Shown in pieces: positions 29,496 to 39,510 of a stretch of 64,000 bases of DNA. The notes under the pieces are model-generated. The model ran no database searches and was not told the DNA's origin. It was given only the letters and a program-made list of their open reading frames with translations. The stretch covers positions 5,696,001-5,760,000 of the forward strand of contig OZ241867.1 of assembly GCA_965203175.1 (NCBI GenBank), read 5' to 3'. This DNA comes from Candidatus Latescibacterota bacterium (GTDB lineage Bacteria > Latescibacterota > UBA2968 > UBA8231). The first letter of the stretch is position 1; every line of letters begins with the position of its first letter. Position numbers and translations under genes: made by a program.

Positions 29496-30506
29496 CTAGT
29501 GGTGGCGGCTATGGGTAATACGCGGGTCGAGCAGCGGATAGAAGAAGTCCATCAGCATAGTCACCAAGCCGATGGACATGATGAGAATCAGCACCACGCC
29601 GTTGATAACCGTATAATCCGAGGCCTGGATGGCCTGAAAGAGCACCGTGCCGATCCCCGGATAGGCGAAGATCACCTCGACGATGACCTGGCCGGCGACC
29701 ACGTTGGCCAGCGACAACCCCAGCGCCGTGAGCTGCGGCAGCAGAGCGTTGCGCAGGCCGAAGCGGAAGAAGATCGTGCGGTTGCGCAGGCCATTGGCCT
29801 CGGCGAGCGTGATGTAATCCTCGCCCGAGGTCGTGACCATCATCCCCCGCATCCCCAGCGCCCAGAAGCCGACCTGCTGCAAGACGATGGCCAGCGCCGG
29901 CAAAATCGAATGGTGCAACACGTCGAGGGCAAAGGTGAGATTGAAGATCGCCAACATGCCGGGCGAGTATCCGCCCGAAAGCGGAAAGAGGTTCAGCTTG
30001 AGGCCCAATATGTAGAGCACAATCAGCCCCAGCAGATAGGGGGGAATCGCCGACATGGTCATCATCGGCACCGCCAAGTTGCGCATAAAGCGCGGTGCCG
30101 TCGGCCAAGCCGCCAGCGCCCCCATGAGCGTGCCCAAGGCAAACCCTAGCAGCACTGAAATGATCATCAGCCCAATAGTCCAAGGGATCGCGTTGCCGAT
30201 GATCTGCCCGACGCGGGCCGGATAGTTGGCCAGCGAATAGCCCAAGTCGAGCGTAAAGGTATCGCTGAGAAAGTTGAAGTATTGGACGTGGAGCGGTTTG
30301 TCGAGGCCGAACTTGGCTTGATAGGCCTTTACCATGGCCTCAATGCCGTCTTGGCGCAATCCCCCACTGGCCGCTAGCTGGCCGAGCTTTTCGCGAATGG
30401 GATCGCGGCCCGTACCCAGCCGGGGCACGAAGAAGTTCACGCTCGCCGCTGCCCATACTACAATCAGGAAAAGGGCGACCCTTTTGACGACAAAATTCCA
30501 AGACAT
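29496..30506 (-). CDS. ABC transporter permease (OppB-like)
   Basis: FGLDKPLHVQY, DYITLAEANG, EVIFAYPGIG and DPRI motifs. Confidence 0.92.
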   Translation of the reverse strand: MSWNFVVKRVALFLIVVWAAASVNFFVPRLGTGRDPIREKLGQLAASGGLRQDGIEAMVKAYQAKFGLDKPLHVQYFNFLSDTFTLDLGYSLANYPARVGQIIGNAIPWTIGLMIISVLLGFALGTLMGALAAWPTAPRFMRNLAVPMMTMSAIPPYLLGLIVLYILGLKLNLFPLSGGYSPGMLAIFNLTFALDVLHHSILPALAIVLQQVGFWALGMRGMMVTTSGEDYITLAEANGLRNRTIFFRFGLRNALLPQLTALGLSLANVVAGQVIVEVIFAYPGIGTVLFQAIQASDYTVINGVVLILIMSIGLVTMLMDFFYPLLDPRITHSRHH

Positions 30507-30564
30507 GAGTTATATACAGGTGAATTTGGAAAGACGCTAAAGCTAGGGAATAAAGATCGCCTCG

Positions 30565-32175
30565 TCAATTGTCCCCGCCCTTTACCACCACCACCTCATC
30601 CACCGGCAAATCCTCCAACCGCGTCACCGTGCCATCGGGCCACAGCACCTCCACGCGCTCCACGCGCTCGGCCCGGCCCAAACCAAAGTGTAGGCGCACA
30701 TCGCCGTGACCCAAGTAGCCCGCCGCCCCGCCAACCGACCGCACCTGCGTCCGTCCACCCGCCGTGATTCTCACCCAAGTGCCGACGACTTCCGGATCGA
30801 TTTGCACCACAAGATAGCGACCAGCGAGCGTCTCATTGCGCAAGAGCGTCGGGCTGTCGTCGATATTGGTCGTGAACAAATCGACATCGCCGTCTTGGTC
30901 GTAGTCGCCGCTGATAGTCGCACGGCTCGACTTCTTCACCTCTAGCCCAGGGCCACCCCCTTCCACCGCAGAGAACGCGCCCGCTCCCTCATTGGCAAAA
31001 AGCTGGTTGCGCTGGGCGTATGTGCCCCCGGCGCTGGCGTGATCGACTTGGGGATAGATGTGGCCATTGGCTACGAATAGATCTAAGTCGCCGTCGAAGT
31101 CAAAGTCGAAAAAGCGCGTGCCCCACCCAAGATAGCCCACGGTCGGGGCCGCCAAGCCGCGCTCGGCAGTAGCGTCAATGAAGGTTCCACCACCCGAGTT
31201 CAAATAGAGCGTATTGGTCTCGCCGTAGAAATTGGTCACGTAGAGGTCGAGATCGCCGTCGCCGTCGCAATCGCCCGCATCTACGCCCATGCTCGCCTCA
31301 AGCTCGCCGTCGCCGTTGTACGCCACGCCGGCCTGCAAGCCTATGTCGTCCAAGCGACCGCCGTCGTTGCGGAACAGCACATTGGACGTCTCGTCGTTGG
31401 CCACGAATAAGTCGAGATCTCCATCGCGGTCAAAGTCTGCGGGCATCACGCCCAAGCCATAGTGGAAATTGGCCGTGGCCACGCCGGACGCGACCGTGAC
31501 GTCGGTAAAAACCTCACCGTCGTTGCGGTAAAGCCGATCCCGCCCGCCTTCCATCCCCTGCGGACCGCAAAAAACCCGCAGCCCGCCCAGATAGACGCAG
31601 GGATCGTCCAAGTCCGGATCTTGTAGCACCGGCTCGATATCGAAGACCACGTAGTTGGCAACGTAGAGGTCGAGGTCGCCGTCTTGATCGTAGTCGAAAA
31701 ACGCCGCACTCGCGCTGAAGTCATCGCCGGCAACCCCAGCCTGCGCTGTAACCTCGGCAAAGGTGCCATCCCCGCGATTGCGATAGAGCGCGTTGGCACC
31801 GTAGTTGGTCACATAGAGATCGCGCTGCCCGTCGCCGTCGTAATCCCCCACAGCCACCCCCATGCCCCAACCGCGATCCTCGACGCCAGCTACAACCGCC
31901 ACAAAAGCTCCGCCGTCGTTGCGGTAAAGCACATTACCCGGCCCCACACCATAGTTGGCATAAGTCGATCCATCCACCACATAGAGATCGAGATCGCCGT
32001 CTTGATCGTAGTCGAAAAACGCTGCGCCGCTGCCAGTGGATTCGAGGATGAAGCGCTTGTGCGGGCTGCCACTGACGGTGGGATGATCTAGACCGGCTTC
32101 TCGCGTCGCATCCACGAAGAAGGGATCGGCCTGAACGCTGGCGGCGAGCAGGAGGACAAAAATTAGCGCGGGCAT
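30565..32175 (-). CDS. CRTAC1 family (FG-GAP + ASPIC/UnbV) secreted protein
   Basis: Signal peptide, DYDQDGDLDL repeats and LHFGLG. Confidence 0.9.
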   Translation of the reverse strand: MPALIFVLLLAASVQADPFFVDATREAGLDHPTVSGSPHKRFILESTGSGAAFFDYDQDGDLDLYVVDGSTYANYGVGPGNVLYRNDGGAFVAVVAGVEDRGWGMGVAVGDYDGDGQRDLYVTNYGANALYRNRGDGTFAEVTAQAGVAGDDFSASAAFFDYDQDGDLDLYVANYVVFDIEPVLQDPDLDDPCVYLGGLRVFCGPQGMEGGRDRLYRNDGEVFTDVTVASGVATANFHYGLGVMPADFDRDGDLDLFVANDETSNVLFRNDGGRLDDIGLQAGVAYNGDGELEASMGVDAGDCDGDGDLDLYVTNFYGETNTLYLNSGGGTFIDATAERGLAAPTVGYLGWGTRFFDFDFDGDLDLFVANGHIYPQVDHASAGGTYAQRNQLFANEGAGAFSAVEGGGPGLEVKKSSRATISGDYDQDGDVDLFTTNIDDSPTLLRNETLAGRYLVVQIDPEVVGTWVRITAGGRTQVRSVGGAAGYLGHGDVRLHFGLGRAERVERVEVLWPDGTVTRLEDLPVDEVVVVKGGDN

Positions 32176-32880
32176 TTAGCGGGCGCAGCGAAAGCCTATG
32201 GTGTTGCCCTTGATGTACGAATGCGAGTCCTTGGTGTTGGTCCGCTTGTTGCACTGGGTCAAGGTCGGGCCATTGACCCACGATCCCCCGCGCAGGAACT
32301 GCATTTTCTCGCCTCCTTGCGTCCACTCCCACACATTGCCGCCCATATCCAAGAGTCCAAAAGGACTGGCTCCACTCGGAAAGGATCCCACCGGCGCCGT
32401 TCGCGCATGGCCGTCTTTGTCTCCGAAAATATTAGCGCGTCCCTCCTCAAAATCCGCCCCCCACGGGTACTTTAGCCCTTCAACTCCCTCACAGGCGAAT
32501 TGCCATTCCTCCTGCGTCGGCAGGCGCTTGCCCGCCCACTGGCAATAGGCCATCGCCCCGTACCACGACACCTCAATGACCGGATGCCGCGCAAATCCTT
32601 CTTTGACCTTGTACACACCGTCTTCCTCCACTAGCGCCGTATATCGACTCCCCAACTCCACCCAGTACATGCCCTCCACCTTGGCGTTTCCCTTCTCGGT
32701 CAGAAAAGCTGCGTACTCCTCGTTGGTCACCTCGTATTTATCTATGTAAAATTCGCTCTTTTCTCCTGCGATCTTTACCATCTCCCCGCCCTTGAGGGAG
32801 TCGGCCGCGGCTTGTCCCTCCTGGGCCAAAGCCGAGGCCGCAACGGCAACACACAGCGCGATTCCGCAAAACACCTGCAT
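32176..32880 (-). CDS. Secreted FGE-sulfatase (SUMF1-like) domain protein, likely non-catalytic
   Basis: YEVTN, RLPT.EEW, DMGGNVWEW, RGGSW and GFRC motifs; lacks the FGE catalytic Cys pair after RGGS. Confidence 0.85.
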   Translation of the reverse strand: MQVFCGIALCVAVAASALAQEGQAAADSLKGGEMVKIAGEKSEFYIDKYEVTNEEYAAFLTEKGNAKVEGMYWVELGSRYTALVEEDGVYKVKEGFARHPVIEVSWYGAMAYCQWAGKRLPTQEEWQFACEGVEGLKYPWGADFEEGRANIFGDKDGHARTAPVGSFPSGASPFGLLDMGGNVWEWTQGGEKMQFLRGGSWVNGPTLTQCNKRTNTKDSHSYIKGNTIGFRCAR

Positions 32881-33746
32881 TATTTCTGCTCCCGTCCATC
32901 CAGCGCGTATTCCCGCACCATTTTGGCAAATCCATCGTCGGCAAAACTCGGTCCAATCCGCACTCCATCCCCGGCTACGGCCGTCTTTACCTCGTCCTTT
33001 GCATTCCCCAGCAACACCCCAGTCCCCGCCGCGCGCAACATGGGCAAGTCGTTGTCCGCGTCCCCTACCGCCAAGACGCGCTCTGTACTCCCACCTATCC
33101 GCTCGGCTAGCGTCCGCAGAGCTACGCCCTTATCCACGCCCCGGCGCATAAATTCCACCCGATCGGGAATCGCCCACGCTATATAGACCCGATCTCCGCA
33201 CAGCGCTTTGATATCGGCGATGTGCTGCTCCCGCCGCGCCGGATCTACCTCCAGCATGAGCTTGGGCGGTACGCCCAACTCGCCGCTCTGGCAACGCGCG
33301 TACAAATCAACGTCGAGCACCATGCCCGGCCCTCTGAGTGCTTCGAGGTGATCTATAGGCCGGACATGCCGGTACTCCTCGGCGATCCCTGCGTCCGTGC
33401 GTTCGAATAGACAGTACATCAGGTTTAGCCCCTCGGCGCGTCCGTATTCGACTATTTGGGCAAAGGACTCCTCGTCCAATCGCTCCTCGTGCAGCACCTC
33501 TCGCTCCGCTCCTTCTCCCGGCCCGAGAATCACCGAGCCATTATAGCCAGCCATGTAAAGTGCCCGCGCCAGTGTTGGATGAGACTCAAAAGGGTGTTGG
33601 ATGCGCAGGATGCTGCGCCCAGTGACGCTGGCTATGGGGATGCCGCGCACAATCAGCTCCTCGAGCGTCGCCGCAGCCGAATCTGCCAGCCGCCCTTCTG
33701 CGTCGAGTATTGTACCGTCGAGGTCAAAAGCCACTAAGTCGATCAT
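32880..33746 (-). CDS. Cof-type HAD-IIB hydrolase
   Basis: FDLDGT, VTGR, DKG and GDADNDLPM motifs; start 33746 with AGGAGG RBS. Confidence 0.9.
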   Translation of the reverse strand: MIDLVAFDLDGTILDAEGRLADSAAATLEELIVRGIPIASVTGRSILRIQHPFESHPTLARALYMAGYNGSVILGPGEGAEREVLHEERLDEESFAQIVEYGRAEGLNLMYCLFERTDAGIAEEYRHVRPIDHLEALRGPGMVLDVDLYARCQSGELGVPPKLMLEVDPARREQHIADIKALCGDRVYIAWAIPDRVEFMRRGVDKGVALRTLAERIGGSTERVLAVGDADNDLPMLRAAGTGVLLGNAKDEVKTAVAGDGVRIGPSFADDGFAKMVREYALDGREQK

Positions 33747-35134
33747 CGTTCCTCCTGTTGTAAAGTTTGCAACCGCGAGCGCGCGTGGACCAGTCGCTGC
33801 GCCTCGCTCGCGTCGTCTTCTGCCAAAGATGCGTACGCGCGCCACTCGGCCCGCGCTCGGCCGGGGTCTAACCGCTCGTAGGTCGAGGCGAGGTGAAAGC
33901 GCCACAGCGCCCGCTCGGGTTCGAGCCGAACGGCCTCCTCACCGGCCTGCACAGCCGCGGCGAGCAAGCCCAACTGCCGATAGACATCGCCCAAGGACGC
34001 GAAAAGCTCGGCGTGGTGCGGATGCGCGACCGTGGCTTCTTTGAACACCTGCACAGCCGCGCGCAGCCGCCGCTGATGCACGTATAGCCCTCCTAACTTC
34101 AAGGCCGCATCCCCTTCCGCTCCGCCCAACGCGATCGCTGCCTTGAACGCCTCTTCCGCTGCGTCGAGCGCGCCCATGCGACTGTGGACGATGCCAATGC
34201 TTACTTGGGCCGCGGCATTGCCGGGCTGTCGGTTAGCAAACGCGGCAAACGCGGCCAGTGCCGAGTCCAGCCGCCCTTCTGCGCTGTGAATCAAACCAAG
34301 ATAGCGATAAACCGGGTACAGGTCGGGATCGGCGGCCTGCGCCCGTTCAAACTGCGCCAGGGCCCCTGTTCCATCTCGTTCCTCCCAGAGCAGCCGCCCC
34401 AGTTCGTAGTGCAAGACGGCTTCCTCGCCCCCCCCATCGCGTGCGCCCAAACCCTCGACGAGCGCGGCGCGGGCCAACTCCCGTTGCCCGGTCTCTCTGT
34501 ATAGCGCGGCGAGGTCGGCCCGGATCCCAGGGTCTTTGGGCGCACTAGCGAGCGCCTGCTCCATCAGAGCGCGCGCCTCCGCGTCCCGCCCCAACCGCAC
34601 CTCTACCCGCGCTAGTTGGTAGCGCACCTCCGCCTGCTCGGGCGCAAGCTGTAGGGATGCGCGATAGGCCGCCTGCGCCGCGTGGAGATTTTCTTGCAAG
34701 TGGCCGAGCGCCTGATAGGCGTGGCCCAGCCACGCGTAAATAAGCGCCGACTTCTCGCCCCGGCGCACGGCGTCCTGATAGGCACGCAGTGCCCCGCTAT
34801 AGCGCCCTTGGGCGGCTAGGCTAAGCCCCAGTTCGGCATAGGCGCGCCCGTCGTCGGGGCGTGCCTCCACTAGGCTGCGGTAGAGTGCGGTCGCGTCTTC
34901 GTACGCACCGCGCGCCACGTAGAGCGCGGCCAAGGTAAAGCTCGCCTCGTACAATTCGGGATCGAGTGCCCGCGCCTGCGCTGCTAGGCGTTCGGCCTGT
35001 GCCAATTCGGCCTGACTCAAGCTCCGCAGCGGCCGGCCGCCGATCAACTCCTGCGCTTGGCGGTACGCGGTCGGCGCATCCGGCTCGGCGGCGCACCCAG
35101 CCAATAACAGCGCGATTGCAGCCAGCACCTTCAC
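33743..35134 (-). CDS. TPR-repeat lipoprotein
   Basis: GTG start, lipobox LAGC and many TPR helices. Confidence 0.85.
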   Translation of the reverse strand: MKVLAAIALLLAGCAAEPDAPTAYRQAQELIGGRPLRSLSQAELAQAERLAAQARALDPELYEASFTLAALYVARGAYEDATALYRSLVEARPDDGRAYAELGLSLAAQGRYSGALRAYQDAVRRGEKSALIYAWLGHAYQALGHLQENLHAAQAAYRASLQLAPEQAEVRYQLARVEVRLGRDAEARALMEQALASAPKDPGIRADLAALYRETGQRELARAALVEGLGARDGGGEEAVLHYELGRLLWEERDGTGALAQFERAQAADPDLYPVYRYLGLIHSAEGRLDSALAAFAAFANRQPGNAAAQVSIGIVHSRMGALDAAEEAFKAAIALGGAEGDAALKLGGLYVHQRRLRAAVQVFKEATVAHPHHAELFASLGDVYRQLGLLAAAVQAGEEAVRLEPERALWRFHLASTYERLDPGRARAEWRAYASLAEDDASEAQRLVHARSRLQTLQQEER

Positions 35135-37197
35135 CGCGTCTCCCTTTCCCTGAGCAACAAGTGCTGGTCGGCCTCAATATCCCGATACACATCGACCTGC
35201 CCACTGGGCCACGCCACCTTAATGCGATCAGCCCGCACCCGTTGCCCCAAACCAAATTCCAACTCCAAGCTGTTGCTGTTGCCAAAGCTGTATCCAGAAG
35301 CTACCTCTTGGTACTGCATCAAGTCGCCGGCATACACCCATACTTTGGCACCGATTCCGTCGCGATTGCTCTCGACCCCTTCCAACTCCAGCACCAAGTA
35401 GTGATTGCCAAAGCCCTCGCTGCGGTAGAACGCATTGGGCCACTGGTCGCCCGGCTGAGCGCCGCCCACTGGCGCATAGAGGTCGAGATCGCCGTCGCGG
35501 TCGTAGTCGGCAAAGGTCACGCCGTGCGATTTGCCCAAGTGCCCCAGCCCGGCGGCTACCGTCGCATCGACAAAGGTGCCATCGCCCCGATTGCGGAAAA
35601 GCACATCCGGCTCGCGCCGGCCCATCTGCGGCCCGCCGTTGCCGAGGTAGATATCTACCCAGCCATCGTTATCCACATCGCCGGGAACGCCGCTCATCGT
35701 GCCCAGCGCTCGCTCTAGCCCGGCAGCTTCCGTCACATCGGCAAAGGTGCCGTCGCCCTTGTTGCGAAAAAGCACCGGCCGGTCGCGCTCGCTCGTCGAT
35801 TTTCCCGCGACTCGATCGGCCAGCACCACCAGGTACTGGCTCCAGTTGCCCACGAAGATGTCCAGCGCACCGTCGTTGTCGTAATCGAGGACAAACGTTA
35901 TAAAGCCATCGATGTACTCGGCACCTACACCGGCCGCTTCCGTCTGATCCGCGAACGCACTGCCACTTCGATTGCGATAGAGCACATTCGGCTCGGTAAA
36001 ATTGCACACGTACAGATCAGGCCAGCCATCTCCGTCAAAGTCGCCCCACGCCGTGCTTAACGCCTGCCCCTTGTGCGCCACCCCGGCGGCTTCCGCCACA
36101 TCGGCAAAGGTGCCATTGCCACGATTGCGATAGAGCACATTGGTCGAGTCGCCAGTCGCGCCCGTGCCATTGGCCACGTAGATGTCGAGGTATCCATCGC
36201 GATCGAAATCGCTCCACGCCGCGCAAAAGCTCGATCCCGGATCGCCCGTACCCGACACTTCCGTCGCATCGGCGAAGACGCCCCGGCCGTCGTTTTGGAA
36301 GAGCGCATTCACGCCGCCGCCAAACCACCCATCGCGCGTCACGTACACATCGGCGTCCCCGTCGTTGTCGTAGTCAGCCGTCTGCACCCCGATCCCGCCC
36401 TCGGGTAGTACCAATTCAGCGGCCTGCGTCCGCTCGGCAAAACGCGCGCCGTCGTTGCGGAAGTACGCCAGTGCTGGATGGCCGATGACGATCAAGTCGA
36501 GATCTCCGTCCTCGTCGTAGTCGGCCCAAGCGCTAGCGCGACCTCCGTCGAATTTATCGACTCCCACCTCGGCCCCGATCTCGCTAAACCGCCCGCTGAT
36601 GGTTCCCTGCGGCACGGCATCGGCAAATTCCCCGGTCGCCGACCGCCCCAATGCCTCCTGCAACCACTTCCGGTGCCAGCGCAACTCCAGCGGCTCGGGA
36701 TGCAACGCCACGGCCTGTTGCAAGATCGAATCGGCGTGGGCGTAATCCTCCTGCCACAGCGCGGCAACCGCCGTCCAGTAGAGCGATTCATATCCCTCGG
36801 GATCGGCGGCCAGCGCCCGCTGCAAATACTTTTCCGCCTGCGCGAACTGCCCCTCTTCCAGCGCCTCTTTCCCCCGACCCAAAAACGTCTCCAACACCAA
36901 AGACCGCGCCGCCGTTAATTCAGGGTCCAGGCTCGCCGCCTGTTCCAGCAACCCCACGCCTTCTTCTATCCGCCCCTGCACGAGCCGCACCCTCCCTAGC
37001 TGCCAGTAGCCCTCGGCGGCCTCGGGTTCCAGCCGAACGCAATGCGCAAAAGCGCGTTCGGCCGCCCTGAGCCGATAGCGCTCCAGCAAGTCCAAGCCCT
37101 GGTAGTACGACTGGAGAAACGCCTCTGAGCGGCCAGTCGGCTCTTGGCAACCGCTTAGGACGAGGAGAGAAAGGGTAATGACTAGAGAAACTCTCAT
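35131..37197 (-). CDS. TPR + FG-GAP/ASPIC-UnbV lipoprotein
   Basis: Lipobox LSGC after ATG 37197; N-terminal TPRs, FG-GAP repeats, SNRDGIGAKV and LEFGLG. Confidence 0.85.
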   Translation of the reverse strand: MRVSLVITLSLLVLSGCQEPTGRSEAFLQSYYQGLDLLERYRLRAAERAFAHCVRLEPEAAEGYWQLGRVRLVQGRIEEGVGLLEQAASLDPELTAARSLVLETFLGRGKEALEEGQFAQAEKYLQRALAADPEGYESLYWTAVAALWQEDYAHADSILQQAVALHPEPLELRWHRKWLQEALGRSATGEFADAVPQGTISGRFSEIGAEVGVDKFDGGRASAWADYDEDGDLDLIVIGHPALAYFRNDGARFAERTQAAELVLPEGGIGVQTADYDNDGDADVYVTRDGWFGGGVNALFQNDGRGVFADATEVSGTGDPGSSFCAAWSDFDRDGYLDIYVANGTGATGDSTNVLYRNRGNGTFADVAEAAGVAHKGQALSTAWGDFDGDGWPDLYVCNFTEPNVLYRNRSGSAFADQTEAAGVGAEYIDGFITFVLDYDNDGALDIFVGNWSQYLVVLADRVAGKSTSERDRPVLFRNKGDGTFADVTEAAGLERALGTMSGVPGDVDNDGWVDIYLGNGGPQMGRREPDVLFRNRGDGTFVDATVAAGLGHLGKSHGVTFADYDRDGDLDLYAPVGGAQPGDQWPNAFYRSEGFGNHYLVLELEGVESNRDGIGAKVWVYAGDLMQYQEVASGYSFGNSNSLELEFGLGQRVRADRIKVAWPSGQVDVYRDIEADQHLLLRERETR

Positions 37198-37294
37198 AGC
37201 AGAAACAACATCCGCCGTCTTTTGCCTGCTGTCAATTTCTAGTACGTTGTTACGTCTCTTTTGACATCTTTCACCAATAAAAGGAGCACCCATA

Positions 37295-38407
37295 ATGAAA
37301 TGGACCCTCTTCTTCGTCGCTTTCCTCTGGACGGCTTCGCATAGCACGGCCGAAGACCGCCCCACCCTCGTACTCGACGGCCAAGCAGCCATGCTAGTCG
37401 TCGATTTAGGCGGCGGCTCCATTTCCGACTTCCACCTCAAAAGCAATCCGCTCAACCCCTTGCAATGGGATTCTTGGTCTTTCGGCGACACCCCCAACCA
37501 AGCGCCGCCCATAGAGCCGCGCTCCATGGGGCACTTCCTCTGCCTCGACCGCTGGGGGCCGGCCACCAAAGCCGAGCAGGCCCACGGCATGGGCTGGCAC
37601 GGCGAGGCCACGCGCGTGTGGTGGACCGTAGATGAGGACGTCCGCGCAGAAGACGGTCACCTCATGGCCCAAATGTCGGCCGAACTGCCCCTGGCCAGCC
37701 TCAAGGTAGTGCGCTCGATTCGCATGGCTCAGGATCAGGCCATCTTTGCAGTCGCCGAGGCCGTCACCAACACCCGCCATTTGGGACGCGTGTACAACAT
37801 CGTCCAGCACCCAACCATTGGTCCACCCTTTTTGGACGAGAGCACCCGCGTTGATGCCAACGGCACGCGCGGCTTTATGCAGGAAACGCCCATGCCAACG
37901 CCCGAGAACCCGGAGGTGAGCTGGCCCTCCGCACTCAAAAAAGACGGCACCGAGGTCGATATTCGCCATTTGACGGATGACGCCTCTCCAGCGGTCGTCT
38001 CGTACATAATCGAGGAAGAATACGGTTGGACCACAGCCATCAACGCCAGCAAAGGACTCCTTATTGGCTACATCTGGCCGGAGGAGGAATACCCTTGGTT
38101 CGACGCTTGGCGGCACGTCCGCGACGGCAAGCCCTTTGCCCGCGGCTTGGAGTTTGGCACTACGGGCCTGCACCAACCTAGCCCGGTGTTGTTGGAAAAG
38201 GGCCAGATTTTCGGCCGCTATCTCTTTCACTATATCGATGCCGACGAGACCCAGGTTTTCACCTACGCCAATTTTCTCATGGAGATTCCCTCCGACTTCG
38301 CCGGCGTTTCTGATGTCGAATACTCCGAGGGGCAGCTAGTGGTGCGCGAGGACGGCGGTCAGGGCCGAGAGCTGACGATGGAGGCGGGAGAACTTTTTGC
38401 GTGGTGA
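37295..38407 (+). CDS. Secreted hypothetical protein, possible galactose-mutarotase/aldose-epimerase fold
   Basis: AAGGAG RBS and signal peptide; WHGEA, QHPTIG and GLEFG resemble mutarotase-fold His/His/Glu motifs. Confidence 0.55.
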   Translation: MKWTLFFVAFLWTASHSTAEDRPTLVLDGQAAMLVVDLGGGSISDFHLKSNPLNPLQWDSWSFGDTPNQAPPIEPRSMGHFLCLDRWGPATKAEQAHGMGWHGEATRVWWTVDEDVRAEDGHLMAQMSAELPLASLKVVRSIRMAQDQAIFAVAEAVTNTRHLGRVYNIVQHPTIGPPFLDESTRVDANGTRGFMQETPMPTPENPEVSWPSALKKDGTEVDIRHLTDDASPAVVSYIIEEEYGWTTAINASKGLLIGYIWPEEEYPWFDAWRHVRDGKPFARGLEFGTTGLHQPSPVLLEKGQIFGRYLFHYIDADETQVFTYANFLMEIPSDFAGVSDVEYSEGQLVVREDGGQGRELTMEAGELFAW

Positions 38408-38563
38408 AGAGATAAGAGGGATAGGTTATAACTGATCCGCTAACTTTGGCCGTTGATGCCCTGAAGCAACCGATGGAGAGTAGGAAAGAGTGAGGACTGT
38501 GGGCCCGAAGTAATTCTCAAACTGAAGGATCGGCCCCGCGTCGAAAGTTCGCAGCCTCTCAGC

Positions 38564-39397
38564 CTACCCTTCCTCCCGCGCCACCTTCCCCTTGACGACC
38601 CACTCGGCCAGCGCCGGCCACAGGGCGTGGACCATCGCCAGCAGCCTGAGCCGCCTCGGAACGTAGAGCTGCTGGCGCCGCTTCAGCATCCCGCGCACAA
38701 TCGCCCGCGCCGCCTTCTCCAAGCTCACCGCTCCCGCCCGGTGTTTGCGCGATGCATCGCCCAACGCCTTCCCGTCTTTTCCCAGAGCACGTTGCCGCAA
38801 CTCCGTCCCCTTGAGCCAGTGCAAGAGCACGGTCATCACCCCCACCCCACTCTCGGCCACCTCCATCCGCAAAGCATCGCAAAACCCCTGTAGCGCGTGT
38901 TTGGACGCCGAGTACCCTGTGTGCAGCGGCACCCCCACCTGCCCCTGAATGGACGAAATAGCCACGAATAGCCCCTTGCTTTTTTTCAGATGCGGCAGCG
39001 CCGGATGCGCGCAATGCACGGCCCCCAAGTAATTCACCTCCATCAGCTTGCGGAATAATGCTACATCCTCGATCGCGGCAAACGCGGTCCACATGCTGAC
39101 GCCAGCGTTGGCGACCAAGTAATCTATGTGCCCAAAGCGCTCGATCGCGGCCTCCACCAGCCGCTTGCCATCCTCGGCTATGGCGACATCCCCAACGACA
39201 GTCAGCACCTCGCTCCCCAACTGCTCGCACTCTTGGGCGACGGCCTCCAACCGCTCGGCATTCCGCGCTAAGAGAACCAGCCGCGCTCCCTGCTGGGCGC
39301 ACTCCACCGCCAGCGTCGCGCCCAAGCCCGCAGAAGCACCAGTGATAACAACGGTCTTATTGCTCAGGCTTCCGGCGCGCACTCCCAAAAATCCCAT
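38564..39397 (-). CDS. Classical SDR oxidoreductase, DHRS7/DHRS7B-like
   Basis: VVITGASAGLG, NAG, VNYLG, AISSIQG and YSASK motifs; start at ATG 39397 or GTG 39382. Confidence 0.88.
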   Translation of the reverse strand: MGFLGVRAGSLSNKTVVITGASAGLGATLAVECAQQGARLVLLARNAERLEAVAQECEQLGSEVLTVVGDVAIAEDGKRLVEAAIERFGHIDYLVANAGVSMWTAFAAIEDVALFRKLMEVNYLGAVHCAHPALPHLKKSKGLFVAISSIQGQVGVPLHTGYSASKHALQGFCDALRMEVAESGVGVMTVLLHWLKGTELRQRALGKDGKALGDASRKHRAGAVSLEKAARAIVRGMLKRRQQLYVPRRLRLLAMVHALWPALAEWVVKGKVAREEG

Positions 39398-39506
39398 TCT
39401 GAATGCCGAAAATATTCTGGGGATCCAGCGCTTCTTTAGTCTTGCGCAGGACCTCGATGCTGTTGTCGCTCTGGATGTGCTGGACAAAGCTCTGCCGAAT
39501 TTTGCC
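39334..39506. repeat. 173-bp direct repeat, copy 1
   Basis: Matches 40449-40621 with 4 substitutions. Confidence 0.97.
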
Positions 39507-39510
39507 GGCC

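Noticed and set aside
32176-32880. FGE-domain protein as a true sulfatase-maturing enzyme or DGR target
   Set aside because: It lacks the catalytic Cys pair, and there is no adjacent sulfatase, template repeat or RT.
38424-38560. Possible IS end (ggttataactgatccgctaactttggcc) between convergent genes
   Set aside because: No matching inverted copy or transposase fragment was found in the window; the resemblance is too weak.
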